NCBI GenBank assembly: GCA_024137785.1
Contig: JAHRHZ010000024.1
Location: 25,395,768-25,459,767, forward strand
Direction of reading: 5' to 3'
Length of the DNA: 64,000 nucleotides
Origin: Ginglymostoma cirratum
Taxonomy: Eukaryota
Part shown: positions 48,301 to 62,735 of the stretch, in pieces
Layout: each line of letters opens with the position of its first letter
Numbering within the stretch: position 1 is the stretch's first letter
Translations under genes and position numbers: made by a program
Notes under the pieces: generated by a model
What the model was told of the DNA's origin: nothing
The model's database searches: none
Seen by the model: only the letters and a program-made list of their open reading frames with translations

Positions 48301-51300
48301 GGTCAAGTTTCACCTGCACCAGAAGTGTGTAATAGCATCTCTGAACAGGTTGGTCAGAAATTATGAATCATCTGAGGCTTCAATTTGGCTTGCTAGACTG
48401 CTTCATGTTCATCAATTTGGATTAACTAAGCATTTATGTTATCAATCTTTTGGTACTTTGGCAAAGATTCCTAACCCTAAAGTTATGAACTATATTTCTT
48501 TAATAACATCACATGATCACAATTAACTGCATATTAGATGTTAATTATGCAAATATTGAGCATTAACTGATAAATTGAATAACAAAGGTGATAAAGGCAA
48601 TTAGTTTATGTTACAGTGATTCATTTATTATGAGTTAGGTTTGCTGATTATAAATCGCTATTATGCTCAGAGTTCAAGATTGATATAAAACTGCTGAGAT
48701 TAGTTTATTTTTATAGCTAGCAAATAAGCATTAGCTAGCTGGTCTGTTGACTAAATTCCAGTCTAAATAGCGCAAATTATTACTAACCATTTCAGAAATT
48801 ATTCAGAGTGTAGCCCTTGGATAAAGTCTACATTTTCTCCATTGCTCCAATGTACTTTCCAGCTTATCCCAGGGTAAACCAGATTGCCTGTGTCCTATTC
48901 AGTGACAAGTTGACCTTTTGATGCCATCATGAAATCTGCTTTCTTGTATTCCTGTAAAATTCATGCCTCTGCTCCCTCCAGTCCCACCTTTGCCCATCTT
49001 GTCCCTATCCTTGCCTTTATCACCTTCAGACTCAATATTCAAATGCTCCCATGGCCAGTCTCCCCATTCACACTTAGTTTACTCACCTTTGATCTTGCTG
49101 GACCACACAGACTTCCATTTCTGCCACTGCCTCAGATTTAAAGGTTTCACCCTCATGTGTAAACTTATCCACTGTTTTTCCTACACTTGTAACCACCAAA
49201 AACTGCCCACCCTAATGAACTCTTGGTTCTTTGTCTCTTCTTCTAGGTGCATGCCATTGGTGGTCATTTTCGCTGGTGTATGGACTTCAGGCTCTGTTAT
49301 TCCTTCCCTGAAGCCTGTCACATAGCAACCAAATTCATCTCTCTCTTTCTTTAACAGCCTTCCTCAAAACACCCCTTTCTTCCCAAACTGTCCTATTATC
49401 TGATTGTCTACCTTGGCATCCATGGTAATTGTCTGAAACAGATTAGGGTGTTAACAGAATCACAGAAGTATTAAGGGCTAGAAGGAGACCATTCAGCCCA
49501 TCATGTCTGCACATACTCAGTAAATGAGCGCCTTTACCTAGTGCTGAAGGTACCATTCAGCTGTAGTTTGTTTATTGCCTTTTATATCATTAAACATCTG
49601 TATTATTAATAGTATTGAGCTAAAGATAACCTGTGGAATAAAGAACGAGGCAGCATGTTGTGGCTTCATTCCAATAAATACTCATGCAGCTCTCTTAGAT
49701 ACTCAAAGTTAGATAACAAGTGATGTATTTTCAGTCTCTTAATAAGACAAATCTGAACAGCTTCCCTGACTGTTTGTTCCTAGCAGATCCTATGAGAAAT
49801 TCTTGTCATCACGAAAGTATGAATAAATCACCTGAGCTTTTCCACGTAGCTTGTCTCAATTTTGGAGACAGATTTATGGCTATTTTAAGGCACTTCCCCA
49901 CACTGCATTGTATTGTCAGTTGAACTCTCCAACAGCTTTTTCTTTTATACTCTAGTTATTGTCAAAAAGTAAAGGAAAATCTGGAGTAAGAAATAGTGAG
50001 AGAGCAAGAGAAAGAAATGCTAACTAGCCAACTTATCCACAATAGGGTAGGAGTTGGGTTAGCTTGTCACAGCAGTAACCATGGCAGCCAGGCCCACTAA
50101 ATTGCAGGAGAGGTCCCATCCATTCCCAATCTCCCTGAGCAGGAGAACTACCCTTAATTTGGAATTTGGAAAGGAAGATTCCAAGCTGTTGCAAATGTCC
50201 TGTGTGTGAGGCTCATTAAATGAGCCAATAAACACGCGTTATACCTGAGCCCACTGCAATTCAATAGTGGCTCAAGGGTTAAAGGGAGAGCTGGCAACTC
50301 TTGGCAGAGCTCCATCAATGTGGTCCTGAACCATAAGGAAGACCCAACATTATCCATTCACCCGAATGGTATCTAATACCGCCAGGCTTTCCTGGGGGAT
50401 TGATGGCAGTTTGCCCACCATCCCACCAATCCAGTTCTCTGACCTGTACATGAGACTCCTGAATCCAGTTGTATAGAACTCAGAAATCATAAGATCAGAA
50501 ATGTTTAAAGTACTTTACAGCCAATGAAGTACTTTCTGAAGCATGATTACCATTTCAACAGCCAATTTGTGAACAGGAAACTCCAACATATACCACGTGA
50601 TGATAATGATGCTCAATCCTCTTGTCTGGAACTTCAACCCACAACGTGCTGACTGAGCTACTTACCGTACCACATTAAACACCACAATAAATTAAAATGA
50701 CAGAAATTAAACTAAGAACCACTGTTCATGTAACATAAATTATCTATACATACATTTATGTTGATCTTTTGAGTCATATTTGCTATACTGCATGCACATT
50801 GTTGCTTTACAAATGCTCGTTGTAGTTCTTGCAGCCTCAGTTTTTTAGACTAAAATATACATACTCTTATCGCCATCAAGCAGAATATATAGGACTGGCC
50901 TTTCTCGTATGTATCCAAGGAAATAGTTGCATCAGTTTGTACAGATAGACCAGTAAAGTATCATCATAGTGGCATCCATGGTCTCAGCAGGGAAAACAAA
51001 ATGTTTCAATTCAGCACAGTAAACTGAACATCAAGCAGACAATCCATGTTGTACTTCAGACTTAATTTGATATCTCCAGTAATAGAGTCTCGCAAAGTAG
51101 ACAAACAGGAGGCTGGAAGAACACTGCAGGCCAGGCAGCATCTGGAGGAAAGAAGCAGTCAATGTTTCAGGTTTTACCCTTCTTCCGGTAACCCATCAAT
51201 GGACAACAGTGTTCCTCCATCAGCTTGCATGCAGCAGAAAAGGTTGTAAAAGATCTGTGTATATTTCATGCTGGATTTGCATTGAATGCTCACCAGGCCT

Positions 51301-53486
51301 GAAAGGAGCATGGTACCAAACACGGATTTCTGGAACACTACGTTAATTGGAGGCCAAAGGAGCTGAGTTTTATTAAAAGAACTGACTATCTGAGATGGCA
51401 AAATTACAGTTATACTCCTGTAAGGATAAGGAGGCCTTAAGAAACTGCCAGAGACCATTGCAAACAGGTACACTGGTCTAGGAAAGAGACAATGGAGAGT
51501 TATGAGTTACCTTGTTTTTGGTAACAACGCTGGTAAAGATCAGTCCTTCTAATGTGAAGGGGTGAGACTACCCAAGACAGTCCAAAAGAACATCATACTG
51601 GATGTCGCCACATAATTAACCCCTCAGTCTTCCAAAACAGAAAAATGCCCACCCGGACCTCCAAGATCATACTTCTAATTAAAGGTTTCTGAGTCTCCAT
51701 CTGTAAAATTTTGTGCACTTTCACACTAATAACACCAATTGGTTGAAAAATTTAAAGGTTGGCTGATCTTTCCACTGATTACATTACCAAATAAAGAACG
51801 TTCAAACAAAAATCCTACTCTAGCTCGCGGGTTCCAAATTTCCTAAGTTGAACAACAGCGGGGAAGGTAACATGGTCAGAAATGAAGTAATTTAATTTCA
51901 CTTTGTAGAAAACATCCTAAAACATGATCTCTCTCTCTCTCTCTCTCTTTCTCCCTCTCTGCATGCAACCATTCAGCATTGAAGTTCAAAATGACATAGT
52001 GAGTTCCAGTTTTAATTGGTTGTAAAAATGTGACTGTGAGCTCCACAGTGGATGACAGCTGGATGCCCATCTCTAAGATGATTGGGAAAGTAGACTTTTA
52101 CCATTTCTCAGTAGGCCTGGAGTTTGGAGGAATTACTCACAATAAAAAAAAGAATTTCTTAGCATTAATGGATAAAGCAGCTCGTAACGCAGAAGTGACA
52201 AAATGGATTAAAAGCTGAGAAACAGGCAAACTGAAAAGAGAGCGGTTGGTTGCACAATAGCTGTTTTATAGACTGAAATGATTTACAGCCTCAAAAGTGA
52301 AATAGAGAGCTTCCTGAAGAAAACATAATTTACAAAGCTCTGGCGAGAAAGATAGGGGAGTGGGACATTTTAGAGTGTTGGCACAGACTCGAAGAGTCAA
52401 ATAGCCTGCCTTTGTGCTATAGCCATTTTACGATTTGAATCTTTCAGCAATCCAGAATAATGTCTAGTGGGCCTAGATTAGCTATTAGAAACTTCAAAAT
52501 GGATTTTGCAAAATACGTTATCCAAACCCAATCATAATCTTGGGGTGCGCTCTTTTTTTTAGCCAATACTAAAGACAGATTTCTGCTCCATTTTGTTTGC
52601 TCTTACTCACATTGAGAGATCGTTCCATCTTTAAGTACAGATGCTTTCCAAAATCACTTTTTTAAAATGGATGTAACAATAGTTTTCCAAGAACTAGTGG
52701 ATTCTCTGGTGCACTCTCCAGCTTAATATTTCACTTCCCCCCTTTGAGTCCCTGTGCCTTCTGCTGCAGGGCTGCTGCCTCTTCCTACATCTTGTGCCCC
52801 AGGAATGCCCTTTCAGCCTGAGGTGCACTGCTTCCTCAACCCAATTGACTGCATTCATATCAGAGGGAATCAAAGGAAGGTCAGAAGCCTGGAGTGTTGG
52901 CTTCAATATGCTTCTGGGGTTGTGGGTGCTGTGGGTGAGCGAAGAGGTTGAACCAACTTGGTGTATTTTGAGAGACTGATGCAGTTCAACACATGATGTT
53001 GGGAGTTTGGTCGTTGGGAGATCTCATGGCGGACTCATGTCTTTTTTGCAGATAGTAGAAGAGAGGTGCAGATGTGTTCGACCATGGGCATGCAATTCAT
53101 TGACATCCCAGAGAATGATTATGAATCTTTCTTTCTTAAATTTCTTCCCAAAAGACATTTTGTAGTGGATCCACTTGCAAACACCTTGAGAGGATGTCAG
53201 ACAGAAGGGCAGTGAAATGTGTACATAGAACTTACGACGAGCCTGGATCAAAGTACATGGTGCCAAGATCTGCTTGGTATAAATGAGCAAAGTTGACCAG
53301 AGAAGCTGTAGCATCTTCTGCAGCAACTGCAATAATCAATGAGATGGACAGGGTAGATGAAGGTGAGCATTATTGCCCAGTTAGTGGAGAACGTGCTGCA
53401 GGAAAAAATGTGAATACATTTGCAACAACCATAAGATAATATCCAAACTAACAACACGTGCATTTGTAAAAACAAATGTCTCATGT

Positions 53487-53600
53487 TGAGATAACAAGCA
53501 TGGGGCTGGATGAACACAGCAGGTCAAGCAGCATCATAGGAGCAGGAAAACTTGACGTTTCGGGCCTAAACCCTTCATCAGAAATGCATTTCTGATGAAG
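53487..53600. mobile_element. Penelope pseudo-LTR with an intact hammerhead core (minus strand, 53554-53581) and the start of an inverted copy
   Basis: Perfect palindrome cttcatcagaaatgcatttctgatgaag running into the gap. Confidence 0.85.
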
Positions 53601-54000
53601 NNNNNNNNNNNNNNNNNNNNNNNNNNNNNNNNNNNNNNNNNNNNNNNNNNNNNNNNNNNNNNNNNNNNNNNNNNNNNNNNNNNNNNNNNNNNNNNNNNNN
53701 NNNNNNNNNNNNNNNNNNNNNNNNNNNNNNNNNNNNNNNNNNNNNNNNNNNNNNNNNNNNNNNNNNNNNNNNNNNNNNNNNNNNNNNNNNNNNNNNNNNN
53801 NNNNNNNNNNNNNNNNNNNNNNNNNNNNNNNNNNNNNNNNNNNNNNNNNNNNNNNNNNNNNNNNNNNNNNNNNNNNNNNNNNNNNNNNNNNNNNNNNNNN
53901 NNNNNNNNNNNNNNNNNNNNNNNNNNNNNNNNNNNNNNNNNNNNNNNNNNNNNNNNNNNNNNNNNNNNNNNNNNNNNNNNNNNNNNNNNNNNNNNNNNNN
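53601..54000. other. Assembly gap (400 N)
   Basis: Run of N. Confidence 1.
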
Positions 54001-55844
54001 CCTCCATAAGCTTGAGATGATCCAAAATTCTGTTGTTAATATTCCAACTTGGATAAGGTTTCACCTGCTCATTAACTGTGAGCTTGCCAGCTTATGTTGG
54101 CTCCCAGTCAAAAGTGTCTTGATTCTAACATTCTCATCCTTCTTTTGAAATTGTTCCATAACTTAAACACACCAAACACAACACTCCAATACATCAGTCC
54201 TCCTTCAGTTCAGGCCTCTTCGGCATCACCATTTGTCAGCTGTACCTTCAGCTGCCTAAGCCTGAGGCTTTGAATTTCTGTCCCTAACTTCTCCACTTTT
54301 CTGTCACACTTTTCTCCTTTAAGATGCTGTTTTCAACTTATCTCTGGGGCCTAATTTCTCCGTACATGTTTCAATGTTGACTTTTGTTTGATGATTAATC
54401 CTGTGAACTCCCTTAGCGTGCAAAGGTGCTATCAAGTTGTTGTGGAGTCCACTTTATAAAGTCATGATGTTTGACTTCAGTTCTGAAGAAGTGTCATTTT
54501 GAACTCAAAAAGTTAACACTGCCCCTTCGCAGGTGCTACCAGAGTTTCTCCAGTATTCTGTGTTTGTTTTAGATTTATACCATGGGCAAAATTTTGCTTT
54601 TACTTGCTTTCAGCTTTGGCTGCTCAGCCAGGAAATGACCACTCAAGTGTTGAACTAAGGCTGGTTTTGAAGAAGCAGTAAGTTTAGACAATCAACTTAA
54701 AAGATATACTAGGCAAATATTTAACTAGTTGACAACAAGCTCTGCAGAACAGAAAAGGTTATACAGACACAAAAGTTGCTATTCATTGAAAATTTGTCGA
54801 TGTGGTGTGCACAAAGAAAGTTCGGGTGCTGCACCAGTCAATGGAAAAAGAACTAAGATAATTAAGATGGGACAGGGGATGACGACAATTAGCCTGTTGT
54901 GGAGTTGTATATGTTAATTTGGAAATGCATAGACTATTATGAAAAAAGGCGGAGAATATACAAAATGCAGATGTTAGAGATATGTTTGAATTCAATTAAG
55001 GTTCAAATCACCTTAGAACCAAGCTACATTTGAATTCCCCAGCTAAAATTCCAACAAGATTTTATTGCAGGTTCCACACTTCAGATAAATGCATTTGCAA
55101 ATATTTGACATTTAATGTTATAAACATTAATATTTTGAGGGGCAAATTGTAAGTAAGAACACCCTTTGCACTAACAGACACCTATCTGTTGTCTCAAGTG
55201 ACTGCAAAAATAGAAGAGTGACTCTTCTTGGTGTCTAGGCCAATATTTATCCTTCAAGTAACATCACAAAAATACCATTATCTTGTCAGAAATACACTGT
55301 TTGGTTTGTGGGAACCTGTTGAGTGCAAATTAGCCATTTACTACAACAAAGACTATACTGCAAAAATACTTGTTTAGATGGAAGGGGTTTGGGGATCTCT
55401 CAGCTTGTGAAAGGCATGATATAAATGTAAATCTTTTCTTAATATAAAAGCTGTACCTTATATTCAGCTGCACACTTAACCTCCTATTCCAAAAAACAAC
55501 ACCATGTCTGACTGGGATGAAAGTATTTGTCTTTTCAGGGCAGGTGACATTTTCTTGACCTAATTTCAGCAATGAATAACAAGCTCTCAAAAAGAATTTT
55601 CTATTTATATCATTTCCTTTTAGTTTGCACTCATGGGATGAGTGCACAAAGGTAATGCTAATAACTTTTGAGAGTAAACTTTCAATATTCAGCATTTCTC
55701 GCCGAAGCAGTCACTTTTCTAATTTTCTCACACTGCTCCGTCAAATGAATATATTCCTTCACTCTGGAAAGATGGGAAAATGCACATGGACAATTCCAGT
55801 GGTTGAAACAGTGCAAAATGAAAGTTTGAGAGGAGAGAGTCAGT

Positions 55845-56935
55845 AGAACTTAGAACACTACAGCGCAGTACAGGCCCTTCGGCCTTCGATGTTGCACCGA
55901 CCTGTGAAACCAATCCGAAGCCCATCTAACCTACACTATTCCATTATCATCCATATGTTTATCCAATGACCATTTAAATGCTCTTAAAGTTGGCGAGTCT
56001 ACAACTGCTGCAGGCAAGGCATTCCATGCCCTTACTACTCTGAGTAAAGAATCTACCTCTGACATCTGTCCTATATCTATCACCCCTCAATTTAAAGCTA
56101 TGTCCCCTCGTGCTAGCCGTCACCATCCAAGGAAAAAGGCTCTCACAGTCCACCCTATCCAATCCTCTGATCATCTTGTATGTCTCTATTAAGTCACCTC
56201 TTAACCTTCTTCTCTCTGATGAAAACAGCCTCAAGTCCCTCAGCCTTTCCTCATAAGACCTTCCCTCCATACCAGGCAACATCCTGGTAAATCTCCTCTG
56301 CACCCTCTCCAATGCATCCACATCCTTCCTATGATGCGGTGACCAGAACTGCACGCAATACTCCAAGTGCGTCTGCACCAGAGTTTTGTACAGCTGCAAC
56401 ATGACCTCATGGCTCCGAAACTCAATCCCTCTACCACACACCGAAAGCCTTCTTAACAACCCTATCAACCTGGGTGGCAACTTTCAGGGATCTATGCACA
56501 GGGACACCGAGATCTCTCTGCTCGTCTACACTACCAAGAATCTTACCGATAGCCCAGTACTCTGTATTCCTGTAACTCCTTCCAAAGTGAATTACCTCAC
56601 ACTTTTCCACATTAAACTCTATTTGCCACCTCTCAGCCCAGCTCTGCAGCTTACCTATGTCCCTCTGTAACCTGCAACATCCTTCCACAACTATCCACAA
56701 CTTAGTGTCATCTGCCAATTTACTAACCCATCCTTCTATGCCCTCATCCAGGTCATTTATAAAAATGACAAACAGCAGTGGCCCCAAAACAGATCCTTGC
56801 GGTACACCACTAGTAACTGAACTCCAAGATGAACATTTCCCATCAACCACCACCGTCTGTCTTCTTACAGCTAGCCAATTTCTGATCCAAACCGCTAAAT
56901 CACCCTCAATCCCATGCCTCCAAATTTTCTGCAAT
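55845..56935 (-). mobile_element. 5'-truncated, relatively young CR1 LINE
   Basis: SGVPQGSVLGPLLFVIFINDLD, KLADDTKL and LEYCVQFWSP...ALERVQRRFTRMLPG. Confidence 0.93.
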
Positions 56936-58304
56936 TGTAATTGATAAAAATCTTGTTGATTTTTCTACTAAGATGTTAGGTTAAAGGCTGTGTCCTGTCC
57001 CCTTTTTCAGATTCTGGTCCACTTAATAATTCCATTATTATCGGTCATTTGGTAAGATAGAACTTGAGTATTGCTGAAATAAGATACATTGAGAGTTGTC
57101 CATTTCTTGCACTCAGGATATTTCACAAGAGTACAAATTCAAGGCAAAAATAAAAATGCATGAGGGAAGAGTACAGATTGGTTGGTAAAGGCTTTGCCAC
57201 TGAGAAAGCACTCAATCATTCTACAGATAGAAAGTTTTGACAAAATGTGATTTTTTTTCACCAATATTACAATAGTACAGTTTGGTTCAATATCCTTCAG
57301 GGAGGGAAGCTGCCATCCTTACCTGGTCTGGACTACATGTGACTCCAGACCCACTGCAATGTGTTTGACTCTTAAGTGCCCTCTGGGATCGGCAATAAAT
57401 GCTGGCCTAGCCAGCCAGCTCTCATTCTGTGAATAAGTAAGAACAACATTGAGAGTAGAAGCAACATGAGAAAACTATGGTTCCAGAATTATGAATTTTT
57501 TTTTATGGCAAACTGTCAGTATTCAACATCATTACCCTATTGTGTTTGACTGTAACTTTGGATGTCGCATGAGCAAATGAAAATGGGATACCTAAAGTCA
57601 TGGTCTCTCACCTACTGCTCTGCCATGAGCAATAGTATAATGACGCTCCTAAAATGGCAGGAATACCCCCTTCTCTGCCATCATATCATAGCATATAGCT
57701 ACCACTGAACAGCACCTTTGGTTCTGAAAACAAAATCTTTACCAGTCCCTTGGAAAAAAATGACATCTGCCAGGGGGGAGAAAGAGAAATAAGATGTTGT
57801 TAAATATTTCTACTTTGAGTAATCATTAGATTTCATTTGTTTTTGAAAGGTAGAATGAAAGAATAGAACAATAGTGTGGTTAGAAAACTAAATAACGATA
57901 TTCAGCCATAGATCTGTGCTAGATCTCTGCAACAGTAGACTAACTAGTCCCATTCCCTCAACCTTTCATTGTAGCCCTGTAGTTTTGTTCCCTTTAAGCA
58001 TTCCTTTTGATATCCATGAATGAATCTACCTCCCAACCACCTTCACAAGAAGAAATTACAGATTAGCATCTGTTAAAACTTTTTTAAAATTCTATCACCT
58101 TTGGTTATTTCAACAATCTGCCCTCTGGTTCATGACCCATCAGCCAATGGGAAGGTTCTCCACATCTATTCAGATCCTTCATGACTTTGAATACCTCTAC
58201 TGAATCTGTTCTCAAGCTTCCCTATTTTCAGCAGTACAGCCTTGCTTTCTCCAATCTATCCAGGTCACTGAAGTCTGTTATCACTGGAATTGTTATGGTG
58301 ATTT

Positions 58305-58990
58305 TAAAAAAAACAAGAAGTGCCAGAAAGACTCAACGAATCAAACTGCATTTGTGGTGAGAAAAGGTTAATATTTCCAACTGAGTGATTTTTCGTTAGA
58401 AAGGACAGAGAAGCAGGAAGAATGAAAAAGACATTCTGTGATAGAGTAGAGGGCAGGAATGATTCAACAAAAAAGGGTTTCCTGATGCAATTGCCAAAGA
58501 GTCATAGTAAAGAAACACAGGTTGTGTCCAGATGAGGCATGAACAGCTGCACAAAACAAAACCTGAACAGAACATAAAGGAATAAGAACAGAAACTAGAT
58601 GAAGAAAAATCAAGAATATGAAAAAGAGGAAAAAAATGTATATATCAAGATGAAAGCAGGAGTTATGGTGTAAGTGCTGTTTTTTGAACTTGCATTGGTC
58701 TTCACTTGGAACACTGTAGCAGGACAAATTCTGAAAGGTCAGCATAATCGCAAAATCGAGAGTTAAAATGATTCTTGACAGAAGAAAGTGATTATGATGC
58801 CATTACTGAAAGGTGTTTCATAAAGTGATTTCAAGTATTCTGTCTCCCTGGTATAGTAGACACCACATCACAAACAGCGACGACAGCAGATTAAATTGAA
58901 ATAAGTGCAAGAAAATTGGTGATTCATCCAAAAGGAGTATTTTGGGCTTTAGGTAGGAGGTGAAAGGATTTATGTATCAAGTCCTGGGCT
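58305..58990 (-). mobile_element. Old, diverged Penelope-like 3' end
   Basis: Weak colinear resemblance to the PLE end at 11200-12000 (pLTR, purine-rich tract, then ttggaacactgtagcagg). Confidence 0.4.
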
Positions 58991-59053
58991 TGGGAAATTA
59001 TGGTACCTTGGGGAATGTAGGAGGGTTTAGGGATAATTGAGGAGTGGAATAGG

Positions 59054-59300
59054 GTGTCGTTGCCATTTGGAGACAAGCTCAGAACTCTGCCAACATCTCT
59101 GGAGGTGATGACAATCATCACACAAATGCAGAACAACAAATCAGCAGGAGCTGATGGAGCCGCCAACACAGGGGAAAGGAAAAAACTGCTTTGTGGCATT
59201 ATCCTAAAGACTTTGAATAATAGGAAAATCCCAAATGTACACCAGGACACCATGATTGTGGTCTTTAAGAAAGTGAACAAATCTAGTTTGAACGGATTTG
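59054..59300 (+). pseudogene. RTE-type LINE RT N-terminal fragment
   Basis: LPTSLEVMTIITQMQNNKSAGADG...IPNVHQDTMIVVFKKVNKS matches PT..EV..AI.....KApG.DG...IP.....A.IV..FKKGd. Confidence 0.6.
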
Positions 59301-60804
59301 AGATGCCAACCATTGGCAGCTTGTGGTTAGGATAGTAAGTACTATCAAGTAAGTCTCAATGAGAATTGGCCCTTGTCTTAAACAAGATATTGTTAACTGC
59401 ATGATAGTAATCAGGAACAAGTTACATGACTACAGTAAACATTTTTATGCAGACTAACAGTCTCTACAAATCTTAAGATGTTCTGCCTTTTCCCCTCTCA
59501 AGCATGTATGACACCATCAAACTGGTGGAGCTTAATGCAACTTCCAAATTAATTTAGAGCCAGTGTTTTATGCAATTTCTCCCCTCAAGCTTTTCTTTCC
59601 CCCCCATAGTTTTAAACATTCATGCACATAATTACATTTACCTCTACCCCATCACCCTTCATGACTCTGTTTCCACAAAGTCAGGCAGTCTGGAGGTTTC
59701 ACAATTCTTAAAACACATTGTCTTTGGACTTGAGAGATTAGCATGTCTTTCCACAAGGACTTTGATTCTGTTTTCCTTTGTGCCTATAAATTATTGCTGC
59801 CATTATGCTTATTACTGAGTTAATTCCAATCTATTATTGGTGAATGGTTGTTCTACAAAGAGATGCAATTCCTGTTATTCCACTGTATTGATTTCATTAA
59901 CATTGCGAAGACAACATATTGCTTTCCAACCAGAGTGTTAGGGGATTTTTCAATGGGTGTTATCTTCATCTCTTCAGTCCATCTTCTATCTGAAGAAGAC
60001 AGGTCCCTGACTTGCCCCCTTAAGGACTGCTTGATGAGGACTGTCTCTGACTCTTGAGTCCTTGTTGATACCTCATATTTCTAGGGACTGGTAGATTATG
60101 CTGTGTCAATCATCCACTTGAATCCTTTCAGACAATCACACAGGACAGGACCTGAAGATAACATGATGACCATTATTTCTTTGCCCACTTCAATTTGAAG
60201 GTTACTTTTCACTCATCTAAAACTAAAACTTCTTATCGTTCCGAATGCTGCATTGATCATAGAATACATATGGTACCAGATAAATCTTTCATGTCATTTG
60301 AATTGAACATTGTCACATTAGCAATTTCAATAATTCTTTTAACCTATCTTGTGCCTTTGTTTTGTTTTTATTTACTTATGCTTATGCTGGGGGAAGACTA
60401 TGGTGTTACTACTGTGACAGCAGTTAACTTTGGGGTCTCATACTACACAGAAAATACTAGAAAAAAATCAATTTTAAAGGGACCAAAATTTCCAACCCAT
60501 TTTAGGAAGGGTAAACCGGACTTTGAGGATAGCAATGAATATTGGCCAAAATAATACCTGGACTTCCAGAGTTAAATTATAATGCCACACAATAAAGCTG
60601 TGGTTTGTGTATTTTGAAGTTTAAGTGATTAGATCCAATGTTTTCATGATATTAAGGGAAACAGTCGGAGTAGGTTCAAAGTTAACACGTCTAAGACTCA
60701 GATTCAAGTCTAAAATTTCGGGCTTGATCTTTTAGGACTGAAATTTGGAAATTCAATACACAAAGATAGAAGTTTGGCAATCTTGTCTGCAAACTGGAGA
60801 GATG

Positions 60805-61230
60805 AGGTTGTAGTGGTAATGTCATTGAGCTAGTACCCCTGAGGCCCAGGTTAATGCTTACAGAGTTGGGTTCAAATCGTATTAGAACAGCTGAAGGAAT
60901 TTAAATTCAAATAAAATAGTCTGGAATTGAAAGCAATATTCCCTCTAAGCCACTGACATGCATGGACCTCAGAGGCCTGTGTAGCAGCAGAAACAATTAC
61001 AGTGAATGTTTTTTGAAAGGCAATCTCCATAGTGTCAACTGTTAAACAATTATTGATTGCTGTTAAACAGCCCTCTGGCTCACTAATCGCTTTTAGGGAA
61101 GGAGATCTGTCCTATATGTGACTTCAGCCTCACAGCATTGTGGTTGACCCTTAACTGTTCTCAAGAGCAATTACGATGAACAACAGATCCTGATCTTGCT
61201 AATAATGCCAACATCGCATTAACTCATTTT
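60805..61230 (+). mobile_element. Diverged copy of the tRNA-headed SINE family
   Basis: tRNA head with ggttcaaatc, body gaatttaaattcaa...tctggctcactaat...agggaagga.atctg. Confidence 0.6.
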
Positions 61231-62264
61231 TAACAATGGCAATCAATGCTAAATCAATCATTAACTATAAATCTGAGATTGATAGGTTTTTTTTGGTTAT
61301 CAAAGGGTGGTAAAAGATCTGGAGCAAGGGTGAGCGCATGAAGTTTGTTCCTAGATCAGCCATGATCTCATTAATAGGTGGAACAGGCTTGAAGAGTTGA
61401 GTGACCTGCCCTTGTGTTCCTATTTATAGACGCAGGTTGTTGATCATTTCCTGTTTGCACCCACAACTATGTGACTGCGTGATGGACTTTCACATGTGGC
61501 TAGGAGAAGCTTTCTTCACCCTGCCCACTCTGCAGCAACCATGTAACTAACTTCATTTCTTTTCACAAGTGAATTTCTCTCCTAAATGGCATCAGTCCCT
61601 GCTGCATCTAAAGACTGAGAAGGCAAATAACTAACCCTCCCCGTTTAATGTGTATTATTGATGACAAAAGGTGTAAATCAAATTTTAAAAACCATAGATT
61701 GAATTAAATTAGATGATTGTGCTGTTTCTCATTATATACTCATCATGATAAATTGAAAGAAGCATGCAGTTTTGTTTCATTAGTTTTGCGTTGACAGAAC
61801 TGGGTGACTGTGGAGTGTAAAGAGATTAAACTCTTTAAAGCAGATTAAAAATAGCAAATACTTAAACTAAAAACTCAGAATTTACTTGTATAAAACTAAA
61901 TAATTTGCTACAGTTCAACATGTATAGCAATCTACTGCCTAGCTACAAGTTATTAAAGGCTATTTCCATTAGTTTTGGGCATTATAGCAATCTAAATATA
62001 TGACTTCAGAGGTCAATAATTCCTTCTTTTCTAACATGAATGGTCCAGAACTCAATCTGTCTGATTGTACTCTGTAACAGAACTTAAACCAGGCAATAGC
62101 TCACATGCCCACACTTCGATGTTGGAGAGATTGTTATATTTTCACATGGTGAATTGAACATCATAAGCAAGCAAGAACAGGCAGGTTTGGCAGTGGAGAA
62201 CGTACATTGAAGACTTACGATATTCCATGCGCCACAATTTCAACTAGACCCTTAGATCACATGT

Positions 62265-62735
62265 GGAGGAGATGGCCCAGTGGCACGATCCCTCGACTAT
62301 TAATTCAGAAGCCTAGATAATATTCTGGGGACCTGTCCTGGCAGATGGTGGCATCTGAATTCAATAAACAATCTGGAATTAAAAGCTTAATCATAGAGCC
62401 CTCTTGTGGCATTGTGATAACATCCTTGCCCTGGACTAGGGAGGCCCAGGTTCAAGTCCCACCTTCTTCAGAAATGAGTAATAACATCTCTGAACAGGTT
62501 GGCTAGAAAAATTGGTAAAAGCCTAATGATAATCACAAAGCCATTGCCAATTGACAGGGAAATCCAAATTTTGTTCATTAAGCCCTTTAGAGAAGGAAAC
62601 CATCATCCTTACCTGGTCAGTCAACATGAAACTCCAGGCCCACTGCAGTGTGGTTAACTCTCAACTGCCCTCTCGGCAACTAGGGATGGGCAATGAATGT
62701 TAGCCTGGTCAGTGATGCCCAAATGAATGAATATT
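62265..62735 (+). mobile_element. tRNA-headed SINE with a nested short tRNA SINE (~62395-62520)
   Basis: Head and tail match 41062-41427; interrupted by the ~115-bp SINE family. Confidence 0.72.

Noticed and set aside
52700-53330. Possible RTE LINE 3' remnants here and at ~63500-63750
   Set aside because: Only a faint motif resemblance; too decayed to call.
53534-54064. Long ORFs of 176 and 141 aa
   Set aside because: Artefacts of translating the N gap.
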